Shown here in pieces: positions 51,401-64,000 of a stretch of 64,000 bases of DNA. The stretch covers positions 1,070,296 through 1,134,295 of the forward strand of contig NW_003314325.1 in the NCBI RefSeq assembly GCF_000143415.4. Reading direction: 5' to 3'. A program made the translations under genes and the position numbers. How positions within the stretch are numbered: position 1 is the first letter of the stretch; the number at the start of each line of letters is the position of its first letter. Source of the stretch: Selaginella moellendorffii (lineage: Eukaryota > Plantae > Lycopodiophyta). The notes beneath the pieces are model-generated. The model saw only the letters and a list, made by a program, of their open reading frames with translations, did no database searches and had not been told where the DNA came from.

Positions 51401-51759
51401 ATGGGTGTGAGAAAATGTCAAGCACACAGAGCTGGATTGGAAAGATTGTATTTGTTCCATTTCTAATCACTTTGATGCAACTGTCCTTCACTCCAACAAT
51501 AATACATGTTTTTGGGGTCTTTTGGAGGCAAAAGACCACAAGAAAAACCCGTTACCTACCTACTCCCTTGAACTTGTGATGTTCTCAGCTCCTCTTGGCT
51601 CCAACAGTCTTGTCCCCATAGAGAGAGAGAGACACACACAAGCTCTCTTTTATTTTTAGCGAAAGAGCTCTCTTTTTAGAGATAGAGAGAGAGAGAGGGA
51701 GAGAGAGCGAGTCGCAAGCTCAATCTCCCACTATGACTGTCATTGGAAGCGATCATCGT

Positions 51760-52600
51760 GCTTGTTCTCTTCCTTGTCCTCTTGCCCATGCGCCCAGATT
51801 TGTCCCTACATTGTGTTCTTCGATATCAAGCAGCCTGCGCCGCTCTCTGCATGGAGTGGAGTGGAAGTCTACCGCGAGACCACGTGTGCTGAGAGTTCTT
51901 ATGGCCTTCCAGCTCGGAAAGCAGTCTTGGAAGTTACTTGTCCAGCATGATACATCCTCACCACAGGCATGTGAATTGCAATCCAGTTCAAAACCGGGGA
52001 GATTCTTTAAGCTTGAAAGCAGCGCTCACGGCACTATTGGGCAAGTAATGTTTAACAAATTTTTCTTTCTATTACATTGATCTTCTGCTGGCTTGCAGAT
52101 CGGTGGTGGTGTCAACTTGTGGAACATGAAGTCTTAACTCGATGCTGGAGCGCGTCATGTGATTGCCAGTGTTTTATATCGTCCTAGGTTGGAAGAGGCT
52201 TGTTTTGGACCTGAGTTGCAGCAAGAAGGCGAGTAAATTCCTTGTAGTAACATATCTAAAAGAAAAAGTCTTGTCAGGATGGAGTATACTGACTGGTGGC
52301 AAAAACTTTAGTGATCTGGCAATCATTGATAGAAACTCTAGCTGGTTTGGCACAATCTCAAGTTTCTTGTCCATGAGGTGGATTTTGGAACCACCACACC
52401 AGGCTGGGAATCAATGAGGAGCTTGTCAACATCTTCGTCTCCAGTACATATCATCTTGGACTCTTCATGCTTAGTTGTGAGTGACTATTGGTGTAGCTCC
52501 CAGTTACATATGCTGGTGCAGTAACATCGCTCGAAGATCTGGATCTCATCAGAAATACTGGACTGCTGGCTCTTCTCTCGACATATTTGGAGGCAATGTT
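51760..52600 (+). pseudogene. Possible decayed LRR receptor-like gene fragment
   Basis: Scattered SAWSGV, RLVLDLS and SLEDLDL.RN fragments in different frames. Confidence 0.3.
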
Positions 52601-52949
52601 TCATATTGCGATGTCTTGTGTTGGGACAGAGATCAGCAAAAAAACTGTTGATTTACTTGTCATAACCTTTGTCTATATCACATTTTTGGTTGTGATGTAC
52701 TCCCCTTGCAAATGTGGATCAGGATTCCAAGCATAATTGTGTTCATGGTAACAGTAATTGACAATAACTCCTCACACTGTGTCTTGTGGAGCTTTACCTT
52801 GTGCTTGCTCATCACTTCTGCTTTTGCTGCTGGAAATGAAGGTTACTTGCATGTCCATAGAATCTATGTAGCATGTGAGAGCTAGCTAGCTTGCTTGTTT
52901 CTACAATTAGTCTTCTAGCGTCAGAACAACTTGGCAGCTTAGCATGATG

Positions 52950-55900
52950 ACTTGCTCTCCTCACCATAGTGACTTTCTAGCAAATGATGGATAAATTTTT
53001 TTGTGATATGCCACAGATGAATATTGATTCCATAAATGATTTCTTGATTCACTTGGAGGGGACATAAAAGGAGCACATTTGTAATGTTTGCTAGGTGTTG
53101 AATTAGTTGTAGGAAGTTGGTTTGAAGTTGAAGCTATTAAAATGTGTGTTTGTGTCCAAAGAAATTACTTTCTTTAGGTATTGTATTTCTTGTGGAGGTT
53201 TGCAAGTTAATCATGACAAACTTGTGGATTTTATTGATCATATTTTTAATCATATTGCAGTATTGTGAATGTTGTTGAATTCATCAACATCATCTTTCAT
53301 TTAGTCTGAGGACTGCAATTGGGCATTTATGGATTTCAAAAAGTTGTTGTCGATTCTTTTAGTTTTAATATATCCTGATTACACTCAACTTTTATTTTGC
53401 ATATATATGGTTTTGATATTGGTCTCAGGGGTGTGTTGATGCAAGAGAGCATAAATGTGGTTAGTTAGAATCATCTCATTGTATACATTAGTTGTACATT
53501 ACAACCAGGAGAGGTGAATTACTTTATGATATAAGAAATGTCTAGTAGTAGTTTGGGGTTTTGAAAAGCTTTATACATACTTACATAATTCTTAGACATT
53601 ATTATGCAATTACTCCATTATTGAAGTGGAAGAACTTGGTTGATCATACTATTTAGTAAATTCTAAAACTTTAGATATATGATTTATTGCTCGAGGAGTT
53701 TTATAGCTAATGCTAATACCCTTTATTGAACTTCTCTCCCTTCTTCACTCTTTTCTTGTATTTATGATAAGTATGTTATTTTAGCATTAGTGGATTTTAT
53801 AAAGGAGGATTTTATGCTATTGGCTGTTACTATACTTGATGTTTAATATTCACAAGGTGTAGAACAAGATTTATATTCTTTTAACAATGTTTATGAAGTT
53901 AAAAAAATTGAGCTGTGGATTTGAAAGTTTTATGATAGATTTGAGAATCTTGTATCACTTGTTGATTACTTGCTATTTCGGTATTTACATTTTCAATATC
54001 ACCTTAAGGATAACTTTCTTTATTTTATGGGAATTAATCATAATAATCATTTATGTGGTGGTGCTTTTAATTTTTATTCCATACTTTCTCCACACCTACC
54101 ATAACTCTTTTATTCTTGATAGGCATATGGGATATTGTCATATGATTGAGAAGCTGTACAAGTCTTTCTATTGGCTATAGATGCAATATGATATTATCAT
54201 ATATATATATAGTTGCATTTGGTGCCAAGCTCATAATACTCCTCCTTGTGTTATAGAAGAATGATTGGAGTGAATTTTGGTTTTTTTTTCAATTGAGTTG
54301 GTAGCATTTGGTTTGATGGGTTTCACAATCAATTACTAGAAATGAATATATTATTATTGCCTCTAACTACTTGACTCACTTAGTGGAAATCGAGATTACT
54401 ATTAGATATTTCCTCCTTAATCGAATGGTGTCTTATCATTCTTATTCGAAGTAAATTCTCTCATGTAATAGTCCTATATTTATAACTGAAACATTTCATA
54501 TCCTAATGCCTTGACTGGGGATATGTTATATTTTCATAAGTGTGTATCATCCACAGATAAATAATCCTTTAAAGGAATGACCGTAAAGTATGTGAACTTT
54601 TAACATTTAGATTGGTATGGCTATTTACTATTTCTCTAGTATGCATATGTTAGGAGGGTGAAAAGTTCTGTTGGTGCTTCACCATATAAACTTTTATATT
54701 ATCATGATCCGATATTACTAATAGAGTTGAATTTACCTTTTGCAATTGCTATAAGCTATTGATGCTAGGATTAGTATTTAATGAACATGGTTCAAATAGA
54801 GTCTACTGAACACTTGGGCTATATATAAGTGGATGATAATAATGCTACAACTCCTATCATCGTCCACCTTATCATCATGCATACTTGTCTAATTCTTACA
54901 TGTTGTTGAAAGTGATTATGCTGTAGTCATTTCATTATTGAAGTAGAAGAACTTGGTTGGTCATACTATTTAATGTGCTTTGAAGCTTAAGATATATAAC
55001 TTTAAAATTATTTATCACCATACTTGATGATAGTGCTCTTTCTTGAGTTCCTTTCCTTTCTTCCTTCTTTTCTCCTATTCTTGATGGACTTGTTGTTTTA
55101 ACATTAGTGATATAATGCCATAAATAATTATTGTATTTGATATTCAATATCCACAAGATGTTAAGCTAGATTTACCTTTTCTTGATAATGTTTATGAAGT
55201 TTAAAAGGTTAAGCCATGGATCTGAAGGCTTTATAATAGGTTTAAGAATTCTACATCACTTGCTGATGATTTGCCATTGTGATATTGACATTCTTAATAT
55301 TGCCTTGAGGATGATTTTTTTTAATTTTATGAGGATTAATCATGATGAATATTTGGGTGCCTTTGATCTTTATTTCACACTTTCTTCACACTTACCATGA
55401 CTCTTTGATTCTAAACAAGTATATAGAACATCATCATGTGACTGAGAAGCTTTGCAAGTCTTTCTATTAGTTGGAGATGCGACATGATATCATTCAGTAT
55501 GTATATAGTTACATTTGGTGCCAAGCTTATAACTTCTTCTTTAGGTTTCCCCACACGCACCAACTAACCTATAAATGATCAACCATCTCCTTATTGCTCG
55601 GTCTACACTAGCTAGGAGTAGAATGGGTTTTTGATATGCCACTTCTGAATGGCTAGATTGCTAGAAACACAGAAAATACTCCTCTCAATGGAATGATAAT
55701 TGGAGTCAATTATAAATTCCTATTTATTTATGTTAGTGGTGTTTGATAGCAAACACCAATAACAATTTTCCATATCGACTACTAAAAATGAATATGCTAT
55801 TATTACTTTCGACTGCTTGACTTGTTGAAAGGAAATCTATGCTCTTACTAGTGTATTTACAATTGTTATTAGATACTTTCTCCTCAATTAAATGGTGTTC

Positions 55901-55958
55901 CACAATTTTTGTCTATAGCAGATTTCCTCAGACAATGGTCTTATATTTATGGCTAATG
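52950..55958 (+). mobile_element. Decayed Ty3/gypsy pol remnant (RT, RNase H, integrase) with internal ~0.9-kb duplication
   Basis: Integrase zinc-finger remnant YHNSFILDRHMGYCHMIEKLYKSFYWL and YHPQ at ~54545, in RT-RH-IN order. 53618-54490 is repeated at 54935-55955. Confidence 0.7.
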
Positions 55959-58450
55959 TGTGAGACAGTGGTAGCTGAAAGGGTGCCACGTGGTAGTGGC
56001 TGAAGCGGAAGCCATGAGCATAACACATTTGGACTGAAAGCTTTGACTTGGATAGTCAAGAGTGGGAGTGGAACTCCTAACGAAGTGCTCGAGGAACGAG
56101 CATAAAGCAAGTAGTAAGTGAGTCTCTAGAAAAGGGATATAAGAGGACCAATACATGACACATAAAAGTGATAAAACGGAGTCCGAGATGAAGTTTGAGA
56201 AAGAGTCTGAGATGGACCCAAGACAAAGTCCGAGATGGAGTCCGAGATGGATTCAAGATGGACTCAAAATAGAGTCCGAAATGGACCTGAGATGGAGTTC
56301 GAGATGGACCCGAGATGGAATCCAAGATGGACCTGAGATGAAGTCTAAGATGGAACCGAGATGGTGTCCAAGATGGAGTCCAAGGTCGAGTCCAAGATGG
56401 ATCTGTGATAGAGTCCGAGGTCAAGGCCGAGACAAAGACCGAGACTGAGAAAGAGACTAAGACCGAGACCGAGATTGAGTCTGAGTCTAAGTCTGAGTTC
56501 AAAGCTAAGGGTGAAAGCCCAAAGTGTTCGTCTCCCAGACCCTAGGGGGTTTGGTGAACTCTAAAAGTATAATAGGGGGAATACTTTAATGGAGCCAATT
56601 TGGCTAGGAAAGGCCAATGTGACCAAGGAAGGCATACCCACATGTTGGGTGATGATATATCCACTAAGGAGTCTAAGGCTGGAGTGAATATGGACAGACA
56701 AGTGGGGTAACTTAGTGAAGTGTTCAAAAGCCAACTCTAGCTCCTCTACAAGATTGAATGGTTAGTGCTCCCAATCCAAGTGTGGGTGGCACTACCTACT
56801 TGGATACTTGGAGTGTCTCATTAGAACCTCGCTCTAGTCACATGGCTAGAGCACCAAAAGGGAGAAGGTGGGGAGAGTACCCATGAAGCTCGCATAAGGC
56901 CACGGTGTTTCAAAATGTTGTCCTAAAGTCCCAAATTATAAAAAAGAAGAGGACAAGTCCTCTTGTGTAGTGACTAAGGATGTAGTCATGTGGCAAGGAA
57001 GTCCTGGAGGTCAATAGGATGTAGTGGTTGGGCCTTCAAACACTAATCTAGTGATAGTGTTGGCAAATATGGCTAGGGACAAAGAGGGATTTAGTGGGGA
57101 CTAAAAAAGGGATGTTAGGGAAAGTTGTTCCCCATGTCTCTGGGCATCCTAAGGGTGCTATGGTGTGGTCAAGGGATGACCATTCATGAACAAATGGCTT
57201 AGTTTTTTAGAGACGGGACAATGATATAAATGGTTTTAGACTACTGATGTAACAAGGGTGAATGGGCATAGCCTTAGTGTAATAGGCCGATATGTCAGTG
57301 GTATATTTGGGTGTCAGTCATGGGATCAGACACATGGAGCACTTGGGCCAAGTGCAAAGGCTAAGTGGCATAGATGCCATTCACAAAGCTAGCAAGTCCC
57401 TAAGTCTGGAATAAGATTTATAGAGGTTATGAGTGAGACTCCTCTAAGTGGTCGAAGGTGTGGTCAAGCATGTACATGATGTTGATGGTGTACTTTTCTC
57501 GTTAGCCTTGAATAAAACTTATGGAGGTTGTGAGTGAAACTCCTTCATGGTTGGAGGTGTGGTTAAGTGACTAAAGTAGTATAGAAAATTTAGTTATATA
57601 TAATTTAGTATCAGAGCTATTCCTTAATCCGACTCTTATTGATGGTCAAGTACATCATTACTTGATATTGGCATTAGAAGGTCCTAGAAATGGGTCTTTA
57701 TCAGAGAGTAGCATGTTGAGAGGGCATAACTCTCCATTTTAGTTTATACGTGTAAGAATGTAGTGAATAGAAAGGGGCCAATAAGGGAATGACTTTGGGA
57801 TCTTGGGAAGTATAGGGTTTTCTTTAGAGAGTTGAGGATGTGATCTATAAAAGCATTTGACTTAGCAAGCCAGAGAATGTGGTTGCGGTAAATAACTATA
57901 GTTAGGATCACGGGAATGATGGAAACTCTTGGACAAGAAAAAAATCATAAGATTATCGTCATATAATTAAGGATGGTGCTCAAGAATTTGAAATTGGAGT
58001 TAATGACTATGGGAGGTCAAATATAGATGAGGACACAGGCCCTTGAAATGGTAGTTGGGGCTACCTTAAATAAATGCTAGAACAACCTAAGAAGTTGGAG
58101 GTGTACTTAAAGGATGAGTCGGTATTCTCAACATATAAATAAATAGTCCTAAGGGGCAAAAATAGTCTATATGGAACAAAGAATAATCAAGTGTCAAAGT
58201 AACATTTGCTAAGATGGTCCTTGTGAGTAGGACATAAATACAAGAAGTTGTATTCCAATTAGCTAGCATATCAAAATTAACCATAAGGCTAAGACCTTAT
58301 AGGTCGTCAGATTAGCAAAGTCCAAAAAGTTGAATAACTTAAGTGGAATTAAGGAATGGTTCTAAAGGATTAGTAGAAGCATTTGGACTAATGTGTGTTA
58401 TACCCTATGAAGGATGGGGAAGATCATAAGATCCAAGTATGAGAACAATA
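55959..58450 (+). mobile_element. Truncated LTR retrotransposon family B (5' LTR 55959-57602, PBS, decayed internal start)
   Basis: LTR homologous to solo LTR 20323-21967. Met-PBS-like tagtatcagagc at ~57606. Confidence 0.8.
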
Positions 58451-58452
58451 GA

Positions 58453-61400
58453 TAGCTAACATGGTGTGGAGCTTGGGTTTAGACCCAAGACAAACACAGA
58501 AAAAGAACAGGCACGCAAGTAGGAGGTAGAGTATGCCTCAAGTTAGTCAGCCATGCCTGACCTACCCACTATCCCTACTATATATTTGGAACCCTTAACA
58601 ATGCCCCCCACCCCCATTGAGGAACACACGCTTTGGGCTTTCACCCCAAGCCTCCTTTAGTACCAGCAGTTAGTCTCTGGGACAAGCTTAAAACTTATTA
58701 AATATAAAATATTTTTAGATTGTGAATTTAGAAACGGGATGAATACTATTGTGTTCAGAACAATCTCTACATTCTGTAGATATGCCAAATAAGCAAATCT
58801 AGACACTTTCCATAAATAGCATTTAGAACCAAAATGAAACTAACACAAAGGGCATGATAGCAAGGGTGTTTGGCAAACATGATAAGCTATCATCTAGTGA
58901 ATATTGAGGGACCAAGCTCAATATCACAAGGGTTCCCACCACTAGTAAGTGTAAGTCAACGAATGAGTTTCTCTAACCAAGTCAAGCATGCTGTAAGCTC
59001 CTGAGTTTGGACTTCCCGGGAGGTCACCCAACTCAGTACTATTCAAACCCAAGGACGCTTAACCCCAAATATCCTAAGACGCTTAACCCCAAATATCCCA
59101 AGACCCTTAACCAATTGGAAAAGGGGGTGCACTTTTATTCATGGGCCCTTTCCTTCTATATTTAAACCCTTATGGACCATCTCTCAAGTCGTTCTCTTTG
59201 GTTGCTTACAATCCATCACGCTTCCCTGCAAGTTCACGCCCTCGTGAACAGAAGCTGAGAGCCGCAGCTCTCCCGAGAGCCTTGCTCTCTTGACAGCCTA
59301 CCCCTTGGGTCGAGCCCAGCGGGAGCAAATTGGACCAGCCAGATGTCAATCGACATGTGGTGTGATTTCCTTAGCCAACCAACAGAGTCGGACCCGAGAC
59401 CTCTTTGATACCAAATGTAAGCTCTTGAGTTTAGACTTCCCAGGAGGTCATCTAGCTCAGTATTATTCAAACCCAAGGACGCTTAACCCCAAATATCCCA
59501 AGACCCTTAACAAATTGGAAAAGGGGGTGCACTCTTATTCATGGGCCCTTTCCCTCTATATTTGAACCCTTATGGACCGTCTCTCAAGTTGTTCTCTTTG
59601 GTTGCTTACATATGCTTGACTAATAGCACTTAAGAATTCCGTCCTTATGCTCATTTGGTCAAGTGCACATGTGAAGACCAATTTCTCAACTAGCTTAAAT
59701 GGAGACTTGATAATGGGTCTAGCAATACCAACTTCCTGCCGTCATGGTAGTAAGGAAAGAATATCTGAAAGGACTAGTTAACAGGTAACTTTCGATACCT
59801 AAAGTCACATTTGCGACACTCACCCCCCCTTAAGGAAGATCAATGTCCTCGTTGATGTATACTCCAATCTAGAATACTACCAAGGAAACAACTCTAGAAA
59901 AAGTTCACGATATTCACACTATGTGAGAAATGCACCAACTTAAATGAGTTAGGATAACCTCTTTGTCTAACGCGGATGCGCTACCAACTCAAACACCTTT
60001 CGGCCTTCACCGATAAGGAAATGACCAATGGAGTTAGCTATCCTTGTTGCTCTGGGTGTCACCCAGCTTACAAAAGTGTGATACGCCCTTGCTTGCAAGG
60101 ACATAGAGAGAGAAGCCAAAGGCCCCAACCCTCATGAGCAAAAAACCAAACCTGTTGATAAGGTTTAGATAGACTATTGTAAATAGGCAGTTAGAGTTGT
60201 TTACACGGTCACGCCCTTTTAACAGAATAAGGAACATCGACAAAGAGGTGGGTTATGTGACTAGTTGACAGTAGCTACCCCACGACTAAAGATTTCACCA
60301 TACACACAAAGTGCGAAAGCCAGTCTACTTATACTAACCCAAACTCAAAGATCAATAGATGGACAATATCAAAGTCATAGACAATGATATCTTAGAGACT
60401 TAATTATCAGTGATTAAATCTTAGATTAGAACACAAAAGTATTCCAAGTTATCATCTGATAAACCAGTATAATAGTATAGAAACCACCAAGATCAACATG
60501 ATTGGAAAACATAGGATTTATCATGCAACAAAATTTAATAGCCAATCTATCATCAAGAAAACTTAATAATAAAAATTAACTATCAAAGATTGCAGACAAT
60601 ATGCCAAATAACTTACCAAAAATAACTCAAAGCATCATCGACTGGCAAGCAAGATGTTCACAAATGTATCACCCGAAGGAAATAACATCCTAATCTATTA
60701 GAACTAACTATAACAACAATTAGCAGAACAGAATGAATGTGGCAAGACCAATAAACACTCATGCATGCTAATTATTACACTAGCCAATTTCAATAGATCC
60801 CAGTTAATAGCACTAAGGAACCAGAGTTGCCTAAGCAAGCCCTAGTAACATCCTATTGATGTCTCAAACCCAACAGATCAATACAAAGCAAACCATAAAG
60901 AACATGTGGTATTGCGAAAAACCATAAGCTAACAAAGAGAATAATTAACTATCATGAAAGATCATCAATCATCCCATCAAAAAGAGATATGGAAAATCAT
61001 CATCAAATAAGGAATCCACCATCCCGAAGAATAACAAATCATTCTATATCAACAACAATCAAGTAAAACCTTTTGACAAGGATAATCAACTATCCTAAAT
61101 GATAGTCAATCATCATTAATGATTGCTAGATGCAAAAGCCAACATAAACATCGAAGTTAATAAGCCAAAATGCCTTCCTTAACAACTTCTCACAAATGGA
61201 ACAATGAGCACAAAACTTAAGAACCAAAAACTCGAAGAAACCTATAGCTAAGTCTTTATCTATAATGAACACGAGTTTCGTATAAACTAACCTCAATATT
61301 AAAGAGAAATCATGGTATAACCCATAATATCCTCCTCAACACATCCATAAGCTAAACTTCATAATGCAAAGCTAATGAAGAGCACATCTCCATCAATCCA

Positions 61401-64000
61401 AAAGCTAAGCACAATGGAGCTATGCTCAACAAATGATCACTAAACTGATCCTCCATGAATCCATCTATAGCAAGATGTAACTCACTTTATAACAAGCACA
61501 AAAAGAATCATCAATAATTGATATATCCCAACACAAATTTAACAAGGAATCAACATCTTCAATGTCAATCATTAACTCTTCTTCTCGTAAAGCTAGTATA
61601 GTCCATGACTAAATCACTTTTCAAAGAAAAGCTAAAATTTAACCTTTACTAAACAATTTCATCTAGAACACAACTAACTCAGTTTGCCACTCAGTTTATT
61701 GAACGTCAAAACAGTTGCTAATTGGCAAATGCATGAATGCCAATAACACAAAGCTACAACCAAATCATCAACACTATTTGCATCGAGACTAATGAAACTT
61801 AATATCAATCCTACTGAGAGATATCTCATTTCACTCGATTCTCAACAACAATAATGTCAACGACAATGCATCACTTCAATGTCATCAACACCATAACAAA
61901 GCTAGAAGAAAGCAAAAGTGAATCACCACTCAAGGCTCTTTAGCAACCAAGCTAATCAAAGTCGAAGATACCTTAATCTGTATTTAAGACTAATCCTCCA
62001 ACAATACTTAGTTTCAAATAACACATCATCAAAGAGTGATTCACCACATCCAAGACTCAATAAAATCCAACACCAGACTAAACATAACCAAATGACATCA
62101 ACAAAGGTGGAATTGATATGCCAACATGGAAATCATGTAAGTCTAATGACATGATCCTGCTAAATCATCATCAAGCAAAGCAAGTGTTAATAGTCCTTAA
62201 TGAAGTCTACAAGTAATCACTAGTCAAAAAGCAACTAACAATCACTTTTCAACTTGCCTTCACAAGACCCAAACACTAAACTCTTGTCATTAAGTTATAT
62301 ACTTGTCCAATATGAATATAATACCCCAGATATAAGATATTGGTGTATGGACAAGTACAAACTAAATGATCACTCAAATCCAACTCAACTACAACAAACT
62401 TACTATTGCATTTAGCCAATAGCTCTGAACATGCCTTGAAAAGGCTAGCTATGCATGATCAACACTTAGTCAAAACTAAAGTGTAAATCATGAGATGGAC
62501 TCATATTGATACACAACCTCCTCATAGACAAAGTTATAGTATGGGTACCAACATCTCAACCTTAAACAATTAAATTGAACATCACCATCCTCAACCAAGG
62601 TACAAGACCACCAAAACTAAGTTAGGATCAGTGAGAACTCACTACTCTCATAGAGTCTAATGAAGTACAAAATGCAACCTACCACCAAGCATACAACACT
62701 ACAGAAAAAAGGCACAAGGGTCACCCTTCTAGAAAAGTGCAACAACCATTTTTCTACACTAACTCTAAACTTTATCCAACTCAATTGCCTTAGCCCCAAA
62801 AGTCAACATCCCTTTTGGGTCGCATCATACAAACTATTTACTAAGGTTTAAGCCAACCGAAGTCAACTTTAACCCCTTCACTAATTTATTCTAGCTTACG
62901 GAAATGAAATGGTTTTCGAACAAAGTGATCAACAAATTAGCCATTGGAAAAACCTAAGAAAATTTATGGAAAATTTTCCATTCTAGAGAAAAAATGACTC
63001 TTAGTCTAGGAATACAAACTTTCAAGACTTAGCCAACTTTCTTCTACCAACAACTTCACATAGGTTCACGTCAATATAAATTCTCATGACTAGCAGTATG
63101 TCTAAGCATCAAACATTTTACCCATATCTCCGACATCCAACACCGACATTTGCAAAATGCAAAATGAACATCTAAGGCTTGATCACAAAGACCACATCTT
63201 TGGATATCCATATTGTACTAACACTTTTCTTCAACCACCTTCAAGATCTAATATGAAGCCAAAACACCAACAAAATAAATGATATGGAAAATCAAGCTCT
63301 AAGGAAAAATTCCTCATCACTTGAAATAATAATGCCACTTCCACTAACACAAGTGCTAGCAATGTCAATGCCTCACCTACACACTTTCTCGAAGTGTTAA
63401 CAAATCAATTGACAAGCCATAGTAAGTGAATGCTACAACCCTTTTTCCAACATCTAATGGGCAAACTCTCATGAAAACAAGGTACCAACTTAAGCTTAGC
63501 ATAATGGATCATCATCAAGAATCAAGTCAAAACTATTACAATGCTCTTTTGTGTAAGTAGACGAGCTTCACCATCAACCATTTTAGGGTTGATCATTGTT
63601 TAACTAAGCAACTTCCTAAACACATTACTCATTATCACATAAATATAATATAAGTATCACAATGACTTGATCATCAATTGAGCAACACCACAAGCAATGC
63701 CCATGTCATTACTTCAAAGGTTTATATGAGTATCAAGTGCTAATTAGATTCGACAAAATGCAACATAAATGCCACACTCCACTGATAGAGATTTACAACA
63801 CTGAACACCACCAATTTTTGTTCACAACACAAACAAGCTCATGCCACTCTCTTTCCAACAAAACTCAAAACTAAACCAACACCAAGCTACTTAAAGAGCA
63901 ATAGCAAGGTTTCCTAAAAAGAATTGAGTATTGCAACCTAAGTCTTCCAATAGTGAGCTTAGATAAAATGGTACAGTATTTCATTGCTATCCATCCCACA
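58453..64000 (-). mobile_element. Second copy of LTR family A (truncated 3' LTR 58453-59818 plus internal region running off the window)
   Basis: Reverse complement of the family A LTR and of internal region ~12850-17047. The PPT complement ctcaccccccctt follows 59818. Confidence 0.88.
58992..59610 (-). mobile_element. Cassandra-type TRIM with 5S rRNA-derived LTR core
   Basis: LTRs 58992-59210 and 59416-59610 (TGTAAGC...GCTTACA). The minus strand carries gttaagcgtccttgggtttgaatagtactgagttgggtgacctcccgggaagtcc, like the 5S A-to-C box region. Met PBS at ~59402-59413; TSD catgc/tatgc. Confidence 0.9.

Noticed and set aside
48600-51750. Short ORFs and GA microsatellites upstream of the MYB
   Set aside because: No recognisable domains or splice structure; consistent with ordinary regulatory/intergenic DNA.
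59009-59065. 5S rRNA gene
   Set aside because: Only the internal ~55-nt core is present, embedded in both Cassandra LTRs.

Overview
Plant genomic DNA, probably a lycophyte such as Selaginella (inferred from ~50-70 nt introns, PPR style and gene density). The host backbone is a tandem duplication of a PPR(+) / AGO1-clade Argonaute(+) / R2R3-MYB(-) block. The copies join at ~39128, and each gene survives intact in only one copy. Copy 1 carries a 29.5-kb TIR-bounded insertion (7854-37318) whose empty site is visible in copy 2. That insertion holds a nested ORF-less LTR element, a solo LTR, a decayed integrase-type transposase and a ~14-kb inner module. The module has two divergent genes: a Sola/DUF7869-like DDE transposase, and a ~1,600-aa multi-exon gene that I reconstructed by hand (ParB-like N domain, degenerate beta-class methyltransferase-like fold, acidic/repeat linker, FCP1/SCP-type HAD domain). 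About 25 copies of a fixed-length 22-bp palindrome (ATGGCRTG-N6-CAYGCCAT) are scattered through this module and were seen nowhere else. This ParB-like protein plus palindrome array is the most interesting candidate system. The last ~12 kb is nested retroelement debris, including a 5S-rRNA-bearing Cassandra TRIM. All domain calls are by motif recognition, not database search.
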